Shown here in pieces: positions 26,740-39,986 of a stretch of DNA of 64,000 bases. The DNA is taken from NCBI GenBank assembly GCA_951406725.2, contig OX597822.1:17422001-17486000 (forward strand). Direction: 5' to 3'. The position numbers were made by a program, and so were the translations under genes. Below the pieces are notes generated by a model. The model had not been told where the DNA came from, made no database searches, and worked only from the letters and a program-made list of their open reading frames with translations. The first letter of the stretch is position 1, and each line of letters begins with the position of its first letter. The stretch comes from Octopus vulgaris (Eukaryota).

Positions 26740-26842
26740 ACCATTAGTGATGGACATAAAGAATAGACTAAATGAAGGAAAGTCATAGATACCATTAGAG
26801 ATGGACAGAAAGAATAGACTAAATGAAGGAAAACCATAGATA
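26740..26842. repeat. 51-bp tandem duplication
   Basis: accattagtgatggacataaagaatagactaaatgaaggaaagtcatagat / accattagagatggacagaaagaatagactaaatgaaggaaaaccatagat. Confidence 0.9.
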
Positions 26843-28996
26843 AGTCCAAATTATATAATTATAATGCAGACAAAATTCTTTACACATTTAAAATCTTTCC
26901 ATTTCAATGAAGTAATAAAAAAGCAAATAATTTATCTACTGCTTGCTGTTTGCTCCTGAATATAAGAATGCTCAGGTAATAGATATAGTAAAGATTAACT
27001 GGAGGCACTTGTACAGAATTTGGACATAGTAGGCTAATAACATCAATGTGTAAATGTATTTTATCTCTAGAATAACATTTTTTCTCAAAATGTGGAGTAT
27101 GACTCTGAATGGTAGTAAGTCTGGATAAGCAACTATATACCATGTTTAGATAGGTAAACAAAGAGAAACTTATATCTCTTATGTATTTAGACTGCATATG
27201 ATTGATGTCACTTTAATATGTAGTTGTTGAAAAAAAAAACCTTCTGTGTATGCTATCTGGATGTATAAAAGCATAAAATATACATCACTTTTAAAGGAAA
27301 ATAAATTGGGAATGAAATGTCATAAAATAATATATTACATATTCCTCATACATTTTCATACTCATAACACAAATTATTTTTAACTTTTCTAGCAAAATAT
27401 TTAAATCTATTTCAATTCCATAAAAAAATTTAGACTCATAGAGACTTCAATGAATTTATATGCGACAAAGGAAACTACAAATCTTGAGAGAGATTTCAAG
27501 CAATTTAAATTAATATACTTTTTCTTTCAATGTTTCAACCACTTAATGTCAAGAGTTTCATCATAGCTTTTACTATCAAAGATTATTGCAAGTGAAAATT
27601 ATAATATATGAAATGGATTGGAAATTTCCTTAAAATATTTCTTTTATTTCTCTAAGATTTTTGACTATTCAGTTGAGTTAGTATTGATCAATAAAAAGCA
27701 AGCAGAAAGATGATCAAATAAAGGATTTATGGAGGCAACATATTTCATTTAATATGAAATAAAGTTTTTAGTATACTAATTTTTAAAGAGCTGCTATCAA
27801 ATTAAAATCTGAAAATATTAATAAAGGGATGTTAAGTAAAGAAATTAAGTAATGAGAAAAACACCAGGACATTCTAATAACCAGCATATCTGAATAAAAG
27901 AAATTCATTCTAAGGCAGCATTTAATCAATTTAGTTTACCCAAATTTGTTTGTATAAAAGATAGTTTTTCAACTGATATAAATAAAATCATATAGGAGTA
28001 AACGTTGAATGTGACTTAATGGATAAATCTAAGATTTATGAAATGTAATGAACAACTTTCATAAAGTTATGAAAGATATAAATGCTTTCTCACCAAGACC
28101 ACATACCTTTCTACAGAGTCATTGAATGTATAAAACTCGTTTGCAAATATACAAGCAGAATAAAATTTATAAGAGTATTTTATTTCAGTATATAATTCTT
28201 CATATACTTTCATTTTTGTATTTTACTTCTAGATTCGTCAAATAAATTTTCACATTCTCAAGAAGTAATACCTAATGAAGGATATCTATCAATCTATCTA
28301 TCTATCTATCTATCTATGTGTGTATGTGTGTGTGTGTAAGTATACATATATTCTAATGTATACCTAAACAGTATTTTATATTTACAGTTTATACCCCACT
28401 CCATCCCCAAAACTTCAAATTATTATGTAACAATAATTTGCATTTTATGGAAGTTATTGATTTATATTTATACAAGATAGGATTTTATCTATCTATCTAT
28501 CTACTCATGTGTGCATATGTGCATACATACACATATGCAAAAACATTCCTACAAGTAGATCTTAAAAATCACTTCAAAAGGCTTGTGATAAGTTTATAGA
28601 TTTAACAGCTGCAAAGCAGTTAATTATATATATACATATATATATCCAATAATAAAATATTGCAAGAGAGTTTCAAAGATTATATGCATACATATACATG
28701 TAGAATGTGTTGTGTAAGGCATTATTTAGCACTGAATTAATTTTGAATGCTTCTTTACTAATGAAACATCTGGCACATGTGTGTATGTGTATCTGTGTGC
28801 ACATAATAAACACACACAGATACACACACACATATATATACGCATTTTATATTTTATATTACACACACACATTGTAAATGGAATTACAAGCTTTCGTTGT
28901 ATATTGACTATAGAGAATACTCTAATATTAGGGTATATTAGCTCGTGTAATGAAAGGAAATGGGCATTAGTATGTGTGACATATATATGTGTGTGT

Positions 28997-29129
28997 ATCA
29001 TCATCATCATCATCATCGTTTAGCGTCCGCTTTCCATGCTATATATATATGATTGTATGTATATATATGTATGTATATATGTGTGTGTGTGTATATATAT
29101 ATATATATGTATGCATGTATATGTATATA

Positions 29130-29168
<39 letters not shown>
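28997..29168. repeat. Short RTE tail stub (28997-29040, minus strand) followed by compound (TA)/(TG) microsatellite
   Basis: tcatcatcatcgtttagcgtccgctttccatgct then atatatat... Confidence 0.8.
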
Positions 29169-29171
<3 letters not shown>

Positions 29172-29385
29172 GTTAATCCAAACATGAAAACACAAAGAGA
29201 AAACACAACAACGTGAGGACGTGGATCAAGTAGTGTTATTGGACGCTCGGGACAGGAAAGAAAGAAGGAGGATTTAACCTTTCGAGCGGAGCTCTTTGTC
29301 AGAAACATAGAAAAAGGAAAGGTCCAAGGAAGGGAAGACGGAGAAAGAAAATCACCAACGATTCACACACGGTCACATATTGAAT
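29169..29385 (-). mobile_element. Short microsatellite-embedded element carrying a hammerhead-like motif (Penelope pLTR-like)
   Basis: GC-richer island between microsatellites; minus strand gtttCTGAcaaaGAGCtccGCTCGAAAggttaaat. Confidence 0.5.
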
Positions 29386-32302
29386 ACACACACACACACA
29401 CACACACACACATATCAGTTAATGAATATTAGTGTTTATGCAGATTTATTACTTCCCTAAGTAAGTTGTTTTCACTGCAGCTTGCACAGTCTATGCTTCT
29501 TTCATTTCTTCTTCACCATTTTAGCATGCTTTTTAGACCAACTATTTTATCATTTCATCATGCTTTATAATGACAAAATTATTTTATTGAATTATTCATT
29601 ATTTTCAAAATTAACTGTAAAAAAGGCAGTGTAGTTCAACAGAAACATGGTAACAAATGGGTTAAACGTTTCAATATAAATAAGTTTCTAAAAAAGAATA
29701 AACTCACATTATACTACATTTTTTTTATATTCCAATGAAACTTATACTGGGAAGAATGTTAATACTTTGGAATGTAGGCTGCAATTATGACAAGATAAAT
29801 GGAATATATATACAATATCCAGTATATCATTCATCATCTCTAAAAGATGGTGTATGAAAATTAAGAAACTCTTTAAAAAAAAACAAACTATGATAATGAC
29901 AGAAATTTAGTCATTTTCACGAAAATTAAATTTGTTTTGATGATACCTATTTTCCTAAAAAATAAAAAGTTAAAAAAAATTAGAAATGCTAGTTTTATTC
30001 AGACAAATGATAATTTTTACAAAGTCAAATGATATTTTATCAATAATTTACAATGACAAATTGCATTATGTATAGTTTAAAAACCTTATATATATTATGT
30101 TCAATAATATTTTACCAATATATGCTGCAACAATATACATACTACTGACTGTATAAAAAAAACAATTGTTGGTACCATATTACCAATAACTTAATGTATT
30201 CCTTGTGAAGATGAATTCTAAAACATCAAAGTACCATGGTGAAGTAAAGATTTTACAATGTAATCTGTGGAAAGATTACATATTAATAAACATTTTTTAG
30301 CTAGATGTGTCAGGTTCAACCCTACTACGCATCCCCACCTGGTTGACTGGCAGTGGATACACTTCATGAAGTGAATGCCCAGATAATAGTCAACCTCACC
30401 CATCTTTTTTATAGTCACAATATCCAGCTATTATCAGTACTGTAAAATATACTTTAAAATGAAAGATCATGCAAACTGACATGTTTGGAGATAGTTCACT
30501 TAGCTTTAACAAGTTGACAGTGCATGCAGATGTAGCAGTAAAGTGAACTTCTCCCAAATAAAATTAAATTTTTTTAAAAATCATCAAGCCATAGTATTTA
30601 CAAGTGTCTTTTTCTTATCTTTTTTTTTTGTTGTGTTTTTTTTAATGGCTTAGCCAGAAGGAAAGGGCAGTTCAGTAGCATAGCTAGTCCTTAACTTTTC
30701 CCATAGATATTCCCTGAATTAGCCCACACACCTCCTCACCTTAGCATAAAATGAATGTAAATCATAATACATATATAAAATGCTGCCCTCTTAAACATCA
30801 CCCAGTGTAGACTACCTTCTCTTTAACAATGCAAATGAGGCAGAACCAATGACCTTTGCAGGTCATCCAAGATTTATTCAGTTAAATAGTTTGGACATTT
30901 GCAAGTTGTTGTCAGTGAGGAGGAAGGTTTGTGCAAGCCTAGAAGTGAGACACAATACAAATGAAAATAGGAGGGGAAATGGATATGTTTGTGTGAGCCT
31001 GAATGGAGGTGGTATGCAACAGACCAATTTTGAAAAGCAGAGGTCATTATACAGGCAATAGATTACACAAAGTGAGGAGACAAGACATTTGTGAGTCAGA
31101 AGTTGGAGCATGTTGGTGTGTGAGTCTTCTTTTCAATACCGTCAAGGTTGTTCATGTGTGTTGCAGAAGCCACCAGAGATATGAGAGTAATATGACGAAA
31201 TTCACTAGAATAAAATATAACTGAAAGTTATTCGATAAATGTATTCAGTGTTTGAAGTCAAATTAACACAAAATGAAAATAATAAAACAGAAGTAAATAT
31301 TTCAAAATATTTTGTTTATATTTCTTTTAATGGCTTTCTACCCCCAACATCAGCATCACCACTATACGTATATGTGTGTGCACGAAGATAAATTTTTTTT
31401 AAACAGCTTTATAAAAGGGAAATATTCAATAATATTTGATCAAGTGTACAACTAATGTCAATGATATGTGAGAAAGTATGTAAAGCCTAAAAAATACAGA
31501 TAATTTCTGAAAATTAATACATAGAAAAAAAAATTATCTTATGTACATATTTGTAGCTGTAATGCAAGGTAAATGGCTTCATATGTGATTTATTATTTTC
31601 AATAGAATTGATAACAAAAATTATTCTTTTTTTACATTTTTGAAATTGGTCTTTTTCTAGTTTTCTCCGAGTTTAGTAAACTTTCAATGCAAATTGAAGT
31701 TTATTTTAAAGTGAATCATAAATGCCCTTTACAAAGATAACTACGTTAACAACTTATTGTAATACTTATCGTACATGAATGGATTCATGGATGATACAAT
31801 GGTAATTCAGAATTAAGACAGGAAGCAGCCATAAATCATTCATTTAATGAAAAGATATTCCTGTAAGTATTTTTATCAAATAAATGAAAGTTTGAGGTTC
31901 AAATATATATATATCAGTTTCATGGAATCCTTGTAAAAGTTGATATCTTTGTTCCAAATAACATTATGTATTGAAGGCAATCCTACTTAGCAAAAAGCAC
32001 ACACACATAAAATTATAAATGATATGAGCTACATGTATATTTTGAGCAATGCATATAAAAATTAAAAATAAACTTAAATTAATTTTTAAAATTGAATAAT
32101 TAGATATTTTTGAAAAAAATTGATTTTTGTGAATACTGAGCCTAAAATTATCCTTTTCAGACAAAATAATTACTTGTAATTCAATTTTTCAGATTATTAA
32201 TGCCAATTGAACAGATGCTTGATCTCTTAAAATCATGATATTGATTCAGAAAATATACAGAGAAAAAAAGTGGTTAATCACATATACTGTACATACATGC
32301 AT

Positions 32303-32341
<39 letters not shown>

Positions 32342-32345
<4 letters not shown>

Positions 32346-33070
32346 GTATGAGGGGTTTAGTTCACTGGTGATCTAAACGAATAGGTACGCTGAGTAAGTG
32401 CTATAATTGGTCATCCATTAGGTTCCAAGTTCACAACTGAGGCTGGAGCTAGAGATTAGCAGGTGTTATCCTTTTTCCTCTAATATATATGTATATCATT
32501 GGTAAAACATGAATCCAAAAAAGAACCACACTCTAAGTTACAGAGCAGTATATTATATAAGTAAAGTTAGATAAGGCTGGTTTATGGAATCCTCTGGGTT
32601 TCACACCCATAAAGCACTTAGCTTTACAGCATATCATCAGATCCCAAACCTGTTGGCTTATGGCCTCTCTAGAAAATGGAGGAGGAATGACAACAACAAG
32701 GGATTGTCTCCATTTGGCTATCAATTGTAAGTGGCCCCGTTATTTTGTGGGTTCTTATAGGGCAGAAGGAATTTCTTGAAATGCAGTCATGGTCAGAAGA
32801 CCTCTATTCTGGAGTTAAGGATGTTCCCCGGGTCGAGGGAGTCCTTTACTATCCTTACCTGTTCCACTATGCACAGTTTACAACGCTTGGTCCTGTTTAT
32901 GTATGTATTTTCTAGGATTCCCCATGATATTGTGTATGGAATCCCATTGTCCTTCAGTTGGCATAACATGGCTGGCTAATGATGTAATATATCTCCTTTC
33001 TGGTATTCCAAAGGAGGATCTGTGGTTGGAGAGGCATTGCTTGAATGTGTTACCAGAGCAAGTGATGTGT
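32342..33070 (-). mobile_element. Penelope-like element 3' end: GIY-YIG endonuclease remnant plus pLTR
   Basis: Minus frames 33070-32760 give SGNTFKQCLSNHRSSFGIPERRYITSLASHV..QLKDNGIPYTISWGILE..TKRCKLCIVEQVRI..NILNSRIEVF..LHFKKFLL, matching the Penelope endonuclease C-terminal pattern; downstream boundary approximate. Confidence 0.75.
32579..32650 (-). ncRNA. Degenerate type I hammerhead ribozyme-like motif
   Basis: ggtttgggat-CTGATGA-t-atgctgtaaagc-taagt-gctttatgggtgt-GAAA-cccagagg-attccataaacc; helices I and II can pair, NUH cleavage triplet not clearly intact. Confidence 0.55.
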
Positions 33071-34074
33071 GTTAATATTTATTTCTAAAGATATTTATTT
33101 CTAAAGATTTGAGGAGAAAAATTGTTTAATTTCAGCTACAATTCACACACACACACACACACACATTTGTCCCTGGCATGACTTTTCTTCTACATGGCTT
33201 TTTTTTTTCATACTTTACATTTGTGTTTCTGTTAAGGCTTCACATTCTCCTCTCCATTTTTACTTTCATTTAACTTCCTTCATAGAGTGTCAGATCACAC
33301 AATAAACTAATGTCTAAGTTACAAATTTGCTTAATGTTTTAGAAAAAGTTTTTGAATTGAAAAATAAAGTTTCAATTCTCATTAAAGTCAGTTTCTCTAG
33401 AAGTAATAACATATTAAAATCATCTTCAAGATGGAAAGGAGATGGCAACAGAAACTTTAAAACAGTTTAATGTAAACAAAGCAACTGTTAGAATAGTTTA
33501 AAAGTTACAAAGAAAAATTAGAGTTAGTATAATCACTGAATCCTCAATAAATTTTAAAATACAAATCATAGAAACGTAACATGGAAACAATGGAAGAAAC
33601 TGTTATTTTATATACTAGATAGGACACAAAATTATAAAGTACTAATAAATATATTACAAACATACCTCTCTCTCTCTATATGTTTTTTTTCACATGCACA
33701 TACCCCCCCCACACACACACACACACAATGAAAAATCATATTTATTATCCAAATTTCAATAACAGTTAAAATTTTCATTTCTAATTAATATCTTTAAAAA
33801 TATATCATATTATAGAATTTTGATTTGTGATATGACTCATGGAACTGACTCAATGAGGAAAAATTCAGTGTGTGTGCATGCATGCATGTGTACATGTGTG
33901 TGTATATCTGTCTTATGCGCACACATATATATATATAGTTATATTCTTATTCATTATATAGACAACACTGTAAAATGCTCAGTTAGACAACTTGAGGCAT
34001 GTGTATATGGGTGTGTGTGCGTGTGTATGGATGTATGTTTATGTGTATGAGTGCATATGAGAAAGCCAACTTAC

Positions 34075-34270
34075 ATCATCCTCTTCATTAAGTAATGTAT
34101 GTTTTCCATGGTTTGGGTTGGACAGTTTGATCGGAGCTGGCTAACTGGAGAGCTGCATCTGGCTCTAATAGTCTGTTTTTGTATGGCTTTCATGGTTGGA
34201 TGCCCTCCATAATGCCAGCCATTTTACAGAGTATATTGGGTGCTTTTATATGGCACCAGTACAGGTGCTT
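34075..34270 (-). mobile_element. Degenerate RTE-type 3' tail
   Basis: tttccatggtttgggttggacagtttgat..ggatgccctccataatgccagcc..gggtgctttt. Confidence 0.65.
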
Positions 34271-34637
34271 TTCAGTGCTTTTTGTAAAATATTTTGGCTA
34301 ACAAAATGATTGTTATATTGAAGTTATTGTATAAGGTATTACTGAATCTATATTTTAAGATGCAATCATTAATTTAAAAAGTAAGGAGATTTTGCTAAGA
34401 ATATTGTGGCACATTTAGTTTCAATTACAACAAACAGCAAACAGGTGTCTAAATGTTTTAGATTAGTTGTTAAAAGGATTAACTTTCCAACTAATTAACC
34501 TCATCTTTACAGGTGAAAAATGGTTTAGTATTTGTATCAATAGTACATTTAGATCAGCTTTGTCTTTAAATATTAAGTGCAAATATGAAAATATTGTTTT
34601 ATCTCAATAAAATGAGGTTATAGTCTAAAAAAAAAAA

Positions 34638-34717
34638 CAAGTGTTTTCTACTATAGCCCCAGGCTGACCAAAGCCTTGTGAGTGGATCTGGTAGACAGAA
34701 ACTGAAAGAAGCCTGTC

Positions 34718-34764
<47 letters not shown>

Positions 34765-34995
34765 CATGTATGTATGTGTGTGTATGTGCGTGTGTGTATG
34801 TTTGTCCCCCCAGCATGGCTTGACAACCGATGCTGGTGTGTTTACGTCCCAGTAACTCAGCGGTTCGGCAAAAGAGACCAACAGAATAAGTACTAGGCTT
34901 ACAAAGATTAAGTCCTGGGTCGATTTGCTCGACTAAAGGTGGTGCTTCAGCATGGCCACAGTCAAATGACTGAAACAAGTAAAAGAGTAAAGAGT
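34638..34995 (+). mobile_element. CORE-like SINE, 5' truncated
   Basis: caagtgttttctactatagcccc..aaagccttgtgagtggatctggtagacagaaactgaaagaagcc..(TA)n..cagcatggccacagtcaaatgactgaaacaagtaaaagag. Confidence 0.85.
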
Positions 34996-36278
34996 ATATG
35001 AAATAGGTTTTCATTTGAAACTAAATACAGAAACTAATCTGATAAATTTCTGATTTTCTCTATTCTTGTCTTAGAGAATACGCAAACATTAAATATGACA
35101 ATATGGTTGAACTGTTACATGTGGTATTGGTTGTGGTTCAAGATAGGCTGTAAATGTAATTTACTACACATTCTCTGAATACATCAACTCCACTGGGGTA
35201 ATGGCAGTCAACATTTACAGGTTGATACCGTTGTTTTATTGCATCTTCAAGTAAATTCAGTGTAATTGTACTAAGATGCATAACAACAAAGACCAAACAC
35301 AGATGGCATATGTAGGCTGATGCACTTTAGTTTCAAGCAAAAACAATTCAAATCTTTTTTTATTGTTTCATAAAGAGAGAAGAAAATCTTTATATGTCAG
35401 CAATATAACCATCATTCAATTTTTGTTCATTTTTCTTTTATGCTTCATGTTTATATACAATATTTCTATTAGAACGAAGAAAAAGAAGTAAACTATATCA
35501 TAAAATGACTGCATAACTATCAAGTGAAAGTATATAAAAGTGTCCTTGAAGTTAAACAATAAGAAAAAAGTTTCTATAGTACGGGAAAATATGACTAATA
35601 TAGTAAAACCAGATAAATCATTAGGCATATTGTTTAGCTGGTATTTAAAAAAAAAATCAACAAATAATACACAGAAATGGTCTTGTTATGAGAAGGGAAA
35701 CTAATACTGCTTATTGTCGTAAAATAGGATTTTATTTTGACATGTTTCACTAATGCACTACATTTCATATTTTCTAAATCTTTTTCTTGTTGAAGAGATA
35801 CACAAACATTCCAAAGAAGCCTTTTACTTATGAGAAGAAAAAATTATTGATAAAATATATTTGTTTATATATTCACACACACATATATATTTTCCATTTC
35901 TATAAGAAAGATAGATATTTATAACTCACTGTTGGAAGTAACTAGTTATGTGCATGTAACAAAATTGAATATACTGTTCTTATCAAAATTAGATATGACT
36001 ATAATCCCAAAATCAGATCAAATTCATAATTATGAATAATAAATTTCTCACTCTTCCTCACCTAAACAAAAAAAAAAAACAAAGAAAAAAAAATTTCCAA
36101 TTCTCCTTCTTGTCTAGTTTGGCAAATCAAATGCAAATTCAAAATTTTGTTAAAATTACAGCCCAAAATTGACCAAAATACAGGATGATATCATAAAAGG
36201 CATAGTTGATTTTCCACTCACCATATAAAGTAATCCAATTAACAATACACCACACTTAATAAATCATATTGAGCATGT

Positions 36279-36512
36279 TTAATCCTTTAAATTACTCTGC
36301 CAGATGCAAAGCTTATTTATTCGTATTGTTCTGAATTAATCCTGTATTGTTTCATAAGCTTTGAGATTTTGATGATGCTATTGTTAATTTTTAGAACTAT
36401 TTTTAGAATGGCATTGTAGGGTAGGTGTGAGATGTTAGATCAGGCTAGTTTGAACATAAAACAGGCAGAATATTTGGGCTGTACAAGTCTGGTTTAAATG
36501 CCAAATGGTTAA
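36279..36512 (+). mobile_element. TTAA-flanked short non-autonomous element (piggyBac-type MITE candidate)
   Basis: ttaa-tcctttaaatt ... aaatgccaaatgg-ttaa degenerate inverted ends; second copy at 21361-21560. Confidence 0.45.
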
Positions 36513-36595
36513 ATAACCAAATCAATGTTTATGGTCTAATGTTTACTTGTATGCTGAAGAAAATCATTGTAGAAGTTTGCTTTAAGGGATTGCAA

Positions 36596-36634
36596 ACATG
36601 ATGGCTGATTAGCATACATGATGGCTGATTAGCA
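36596..36634. repeat. 20-bp tandem duplication (acatgatggctgattagcat)
   Basis: Read directly from the sequence. Confidence 0.9.
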
Positions 36635-37419
36635 ACTCAGCATTTTTAATCATTGTTAATGCAAAGACTTTTCATAACTATGTATTTGCTATCTCTGACT
36701 ATACATCATCAGTATCATACGCACACACACATTATGAATTAATGTGTGTGTCTACATACACACACACACACATACATTTGTATATATGTAATGAATTCCT
36801 TGGATAGTGAAGGGAATCATGATTTGATCTTCATTAATTTCAATGGCTAAAGTTATTATGTGAAATATCCTAGCAACTTAACTTCATTATTGATGTTTCA
36901 TAATAACTCTAGGGGTAAAAGATACTAAACTGCACAGCAGGAATGGTACAAAGTAAATCATTAAAATTAAATTGATTATATTGTTTGGCAGGTATTAAAA
37001 AAATTGCAAAATGCATATAATTTAGCTAATTGTACAAGGAAATTAATTGTACTCATTGCCTTAAAATAGAAATTTATTTTGACTTGTTGAACTTAGAAGA
37101 TAAATGCTGGCATTTGTTCTGACTCTTTATATCCTGAGTTCAAATTCCATGGAGATCAACTTGGCCTTTTGCTACCCCAACTCCAAAGAGTTAAAACAAT
37201 TAAGAATTAGTTAAGAAGTATGGTCAATTTAATTAACCCTTCCCCTCTCAATTTTATACAGTACACTTTTATTTAAAACATTATCAATGTAATAAGATTC
37301 ATCATTACTTTTTTGATTGACGACTTTTTGTTTACTCATATTCCCGGAGATTTGCACATGTAAACAATTACACGCACGCACACGCACACACACACACACA
37401 CACACACGCGCACACACTA

Positions 37420-37545
37420 TGGGCATTGTCCAGTTTCCATCAACTAAATTCACAAAACATTGGCTCATCCAGAACTAACATAGGAGGAGTGAATCTGAAA
37501 GCATGTGGATGCGAAGCAAATTTCTTAACCACACAGCCTGTGCCT
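37420..37545 (-). mobile_element. Degenerate SINE head
   Basis: cagtttccatcaactaaattcac..gcgaagcaaatttcttaaccacacagcc. Confidence 0.5.
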
Positions 37546-38774
37546 ATTTAATTATATAATTTCATACAATCCAGTAATGTATTTTTTAACAATTATTGAA
37601 AATATGACTTAGTAATAAAACTTATGAAACAATTCCATCTCTAAATTCAATCTTAAAATATATAAGATGATTGTTTAAGTTGTTGAACTCCATAACAAAA
37701 TATACCAAGTACAATATTTAGATATAAAATAAAAGATATTTGGCAAAATATTTGAACAAGCAGGTTCTAAAACTTACAAAGTACAGAAACTCAAATTAAA
37801 AAGTTATATAAATTGATTATTATATTTATATGCCTTAATAAAACAAAAACAAATGCTTTTATTTTTGATACAAAGCAGACCGGGATGGATATGCAACATT
37901 GTTCTTGTTTACTCATTTATATATAACTACAATGCTAGGCAAAGAAAAAGATAGAAAAAAACTGGAATTAAACTATATATACAAAATAGAAGAGAAGTTT
38001 TTTCATCTTTATTTATTTTTTCACTGAAGAAAAGAAATAACTAAATTAATCGATAAAAACAAAGTTTTTTTATATAATTTTCTTTTTATTAAAATACCTT
38101 TCAGACAGACAGTCAATAGCTGGAGAAATATTGCATAAGATAAAATTTTAAAAGAATACATAAAAAAGATAAAAGGGAGATATAATAAGCAATTAAAAGT
38201 TTTTTATTTATATATTTTATAAAAAAAGATATGCCTTCAAAATTAGTTAATTCTTTCTCAATAATAATAATAATTGAACAAAATGGACTTTAAAAAATAA
38301 AACATATTTAGTAAAAAAAAATCTTCCATCATGAGGATTGGCACTGCTATTTGTCACAAAAGATAGGATTATTGATTGTTGGAAGTTTGAAGAAGTCAGG
38401 TTCAATAAAGTATGGAGAAAAAACAGTATGTGAAGTTTTCATTTATTTATCTTTGTATACAAATATCTGAAGGACACAAAGAAAATCACTTTACAGGGTT
38501 ACATAAAAATAAAGTGGCTATGTATAATTGATCATGGCTTTTATATCATAAAAGATCAATACAGACTTTCTTTTTACTTGCCCAAAGTACAGATTTAAAT
38601 TCAAGAGCATTTGGAAAGCAAAAGTTTAGAGCTCTTAAACCAGGCACAGACCCAAACATTTTTATTATTTCATTGTTTTTTGGTTTTTTTTACCTTTTTT
38701 CATGTGCTCATCTGTCAGAAAACAGCTCCCATCTAAATCATGCACTTGTACCACTAGCCAACTAAAGAGCCATT

Positions 38775-38965
38775 GCATGGTCATTTGACCTATTAGAAAC
38801 AGCAGTCAAATCTTCCTAAAATCACATATCCTACTATCTTAAAAGAACTTATTCAATAAAATAGTCTAAAGCAAATGTCTTATTTAGATGGGATTATCAT
38901 GGAGAAAATATTTTTAGCATAGGTTTATCAATGAGATTAGGTCAGACCTGGTGTTAAACAAGCAA
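38775..38965 (+). mobile_element. Old interspersed repeat
   Basis: tggtcatttgacctattagaaacagcagtcaaatc..taggtttatcaatg..gacctggtgttaaacaagc, similar to 42918-43085. Confidence 0.5.
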
Positions 38966-39986
38966 AAATATGAAAACGAAGAGCAAGATATGAAATTCCA
39001 ATATCTAGAAAAGTCAAAATTTACAAAAACTAAAAGCAAAAAGAAAAAAATAATTATGAACACAAGTCAGAAAGATTTTGTAAATCTACTAAAAGGATGT
39101 AAAGAGGGACTTAAAGAGTAAAGCAAAACACTGGAAACTAATATGATATAAACAAATGTTACACAATATGTATGATATGAGCACACTTTAGCAGAGATTA
39201 ACTTCAGAGTTTTCAATAGATAGAGAGATAACTGGATCAAGAGAAGTATGTAAAGAATCAGTTGTTCAATAGTGTATCAGAATTATAGGAATATAAAATT
39301 AACAGTTGTTATAAAAACCTGTAAATTTTTTCAGATAAAATATTTTCAGGTTTACTTATTTCATTTCACTCAAGTAGCCTCATACAAAATACTAGCAAAT
39401 GTCCTTTGGATGGTGTAATCTATTATAATGGTGCACTCCTGTGGACGGTTTAAGTTGAAATAGCCCACAATTAGAAGTCGTTTCAAGTTGATAAACGTAA
39501 AATGTATAATTACCATTTTTGTTACCAGTTTAAGATATGGTACTAAGCAACTTAGGTAATGAATAAAATTTTTTGAATACAAATTTGGCAGTTAGTAATA
39601 AATGAAGTCCATGAAATGAGATCGCAATTGCAGTAGGCATTAGAGATGCTATATCTTACCTGAAATGTTTTGTATCATGTACTTATTTTTCTCGTAATGC
39701 CTGACACAACCACATTGAAGTTTTTTTTCAATGAAAGTCATGCATGATAAAGAAAAGCAAACATTTATAGCAAACACACAAATAGAATAATGGCATGTAC
39801 AAAAATAAATGTCAGAGCATGCTTATGAGTGAAGGGTGTGCATAAAGTAAGAAGGGTCATTGAAGGTAATGTACTGTTAACAGCAATCACGGAAATGAAG
39901 CAAAATATCAATGAAATGCTTGCAGGAAGTCTGATTGCTAACGGCTACAGTTTGATGTAGATGTGAAGATTGCAGTAGAGGAATAA

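Noticed and set aside
34495-34520. Plus-strand AG|GT matches (ctttacag|gtgaaa; also 7216, 9022, 39349)
   Set aside because: Weak donors or tracts; recorded as the background level against which the minus-strand candidates must be judged.
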